DNA of 63,658 nt, filler included, from Phoronis australis (Eukaryota > Animalia > Phoronida): NCBI GenBank assembly GCA_002633005.1. It is 6 parts of 6 records of this genome, joined end to end, with 100 filler letters (N's around TTAATTAATTAA, not from the genome) between each part and the next. Parts side by side here need not be neighbours in the genome. Positions count along the whole stretch, not along the records: positions 61,757 to 63,658 come from NMRA01003906.1; 5 more parts are not named here. One strand, given 5' to 3'. The notes beneath the pieces are model-generated. The model ran no database searches. It was not told the origin of the DNA and saw only the letters and a list, made by a program, of their open reading frames with translations. The translations under genes were made by a program, and so were the position numbers. Of this stretch, positions 62,083 to 63,658 are shown one piece after another (the first letter of the stretch is position 1; each line of letters starts with the position of its first letter).

Positions 62083-63658
62083 TGGCGGCGAGTCACGTGA
62101 ATGTGGGGCGGGAGCCTGAGCAGGGGCCATACGTGACTTGCGAAAATGGTGCGGTTGGTTTTCCGGCCTGGCATTACGTAACCCATTAAACGACATGTTT
62201 CAAAAATTCGTTACGAAACCAATTAAATCGACAGGTGGGCACGTTTGGAAATTTCCCGTCCACAGCGTTATGAAAGACCGTGCGAACGGGGACAATGGGG
62301 GCACTGTGACCTCAGGCACAGGCAACTGACCAGTTTAATTGAAAAACAAGTAAAAACCATAAACAATATAACACGTCAAAAAAAAGAAGATCGCGTGTCA
62401 GCCGCCCAAGTTTAGATCATGTGGGAGGAAACGAGTGAACAATAGCTGCCCAAAATGACAGGTTGAAACAGACACTTGAATGTTTATTAATGAGGGAATG
62501 ACCGCTTAAGGCGAGCCATTGACGGATAACTTTGGGGTTGTCCTGCTCTCACCGGACACGGTGTAGGGCATTGTCCCTGCTACAAACACTGAAACGCGCT
62601 GAGGACCAGCGTGCTGGAGAAAAGAAAAAAAATGCAAATCCCTAAGACATGGCACGTCAGAATGGACGCGCACAACACAAAAATACAACAGTTATTAGAA
62701 AATACTAAGGCCTTGTCGCGAGGCAGGTGGCAAATCTGGGCAAAACTATAGATGCCTCAATTTTGCACTAACCCACCCGATCAAGTGGATATAGTTTTTG
62801 GATATGATATAATGTTTAGAGAACTTAAGAGACGTGTGGGAAGCCTAAAGAGAAGGAGCGCACTAGCACCTTCCGAGAATGGGCTGTTGAAACTTGAAAA
62901 AAAATACAAAAACTCAAAGTTACCGAAAAACAACGGATGTTCGCTACGCATCCGCTGCAGCTAAAACTGCTTTAAAGAATTAGCTGGTCGCTACTCAGCT
63001 AAAATCCTCAAAAACAACAAAAAAAATCTACAGTTTCTAAAAATTGTAACCAAGGCACACGCGCAACGTCCGGATCTCGCTTTTCCGCGACTTACGGCTC
63101 CCCGCCTGTGGAACGAAAAGCTCACCTAGATCGACTGCCAGGCGTGCNCCCGAAATTCAGAAAAAATAGAGCCCAGAGTAACAAATTCTCCGGTTCCCTC
63201 CCCGGGTTCCGCCAAAAATTGCCACTCGCGACTGATCGAAAGAACTAAAATAATCTACGGGAAGGTCTGGTCCGTCTCCACCTAGTCCCACCAGGTACGG
63301 AAACAGGATCCCTCGCGCAATCAAACTAGTCCGCTAAAAAGCAACTACGCCAATGTAGTGATTCTTCAAAGGTGTCTTACCTTACATCTTAGTTGTCCGT
63401 GGTCGAGCTCAATAGTTCTGCTTAGGTGTGTGGTCTGGGTACCGAATGCCACTCTGCATCCAAACATGTGTATCGGCCGCAGGGCCGCTTAATTAATATA
63501 CATGATGCGCCCTCATTGGCCATTACCGGCATATGGGCCGGACAGCCAACGTCGGCAGTCTCCAAGACAAATAGCAGTCGTCTCTCGATGCCGACAGAGG
63601 GCGCGCGCGGCAGAAGGCCAGCGCAGCAGTGAGACAGGTCAAGTGACGTCTCACTACA

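Overview
Intron-rich animal genomic DNA, probably from a marine invertebrate (inferred from the gene and transposon repertoire; the species cannot be determined). The window is six separate pieces joined by identical 100-bp artificial spacers (N44-TTAATTAATTAA-N44), so adjacency across spacers is not evidence. Single-N joints inside pieces mark overlapping, allele-like duplications. Three genes are recognisable, all partial: a pancreatic-type triacylglycerol lipase (2 exons, minus), serine racemase SRR (5 exons, minus) and the RNase P/MRP subunit POP1 (3 coding exons, plus). There are also a few orphan exon candidates. The rest is dominated by DNA transposons and their derivatives. These include four copies of a Kolobok-type (TTAA/THAP) left end, one fused to an unrelated spliced THAP12-like pseudogene. 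They also include an 800-bp element with 209-bp TIRs and a 9-bp TSD, a 2.4-kb hAT-like element with a 5-bp TSD, an AT-flanked 1.6-kb element, several MITEs and many minisatellites. I found no convincing wholly new biological system. The best leads are the modular Kolobok end carrying an ETS-CRE promoter motif with swapped THAP cargo, the unusual-TSD elements, an apparently heterozygous insertion in SRR, and the SRR active-site variants.
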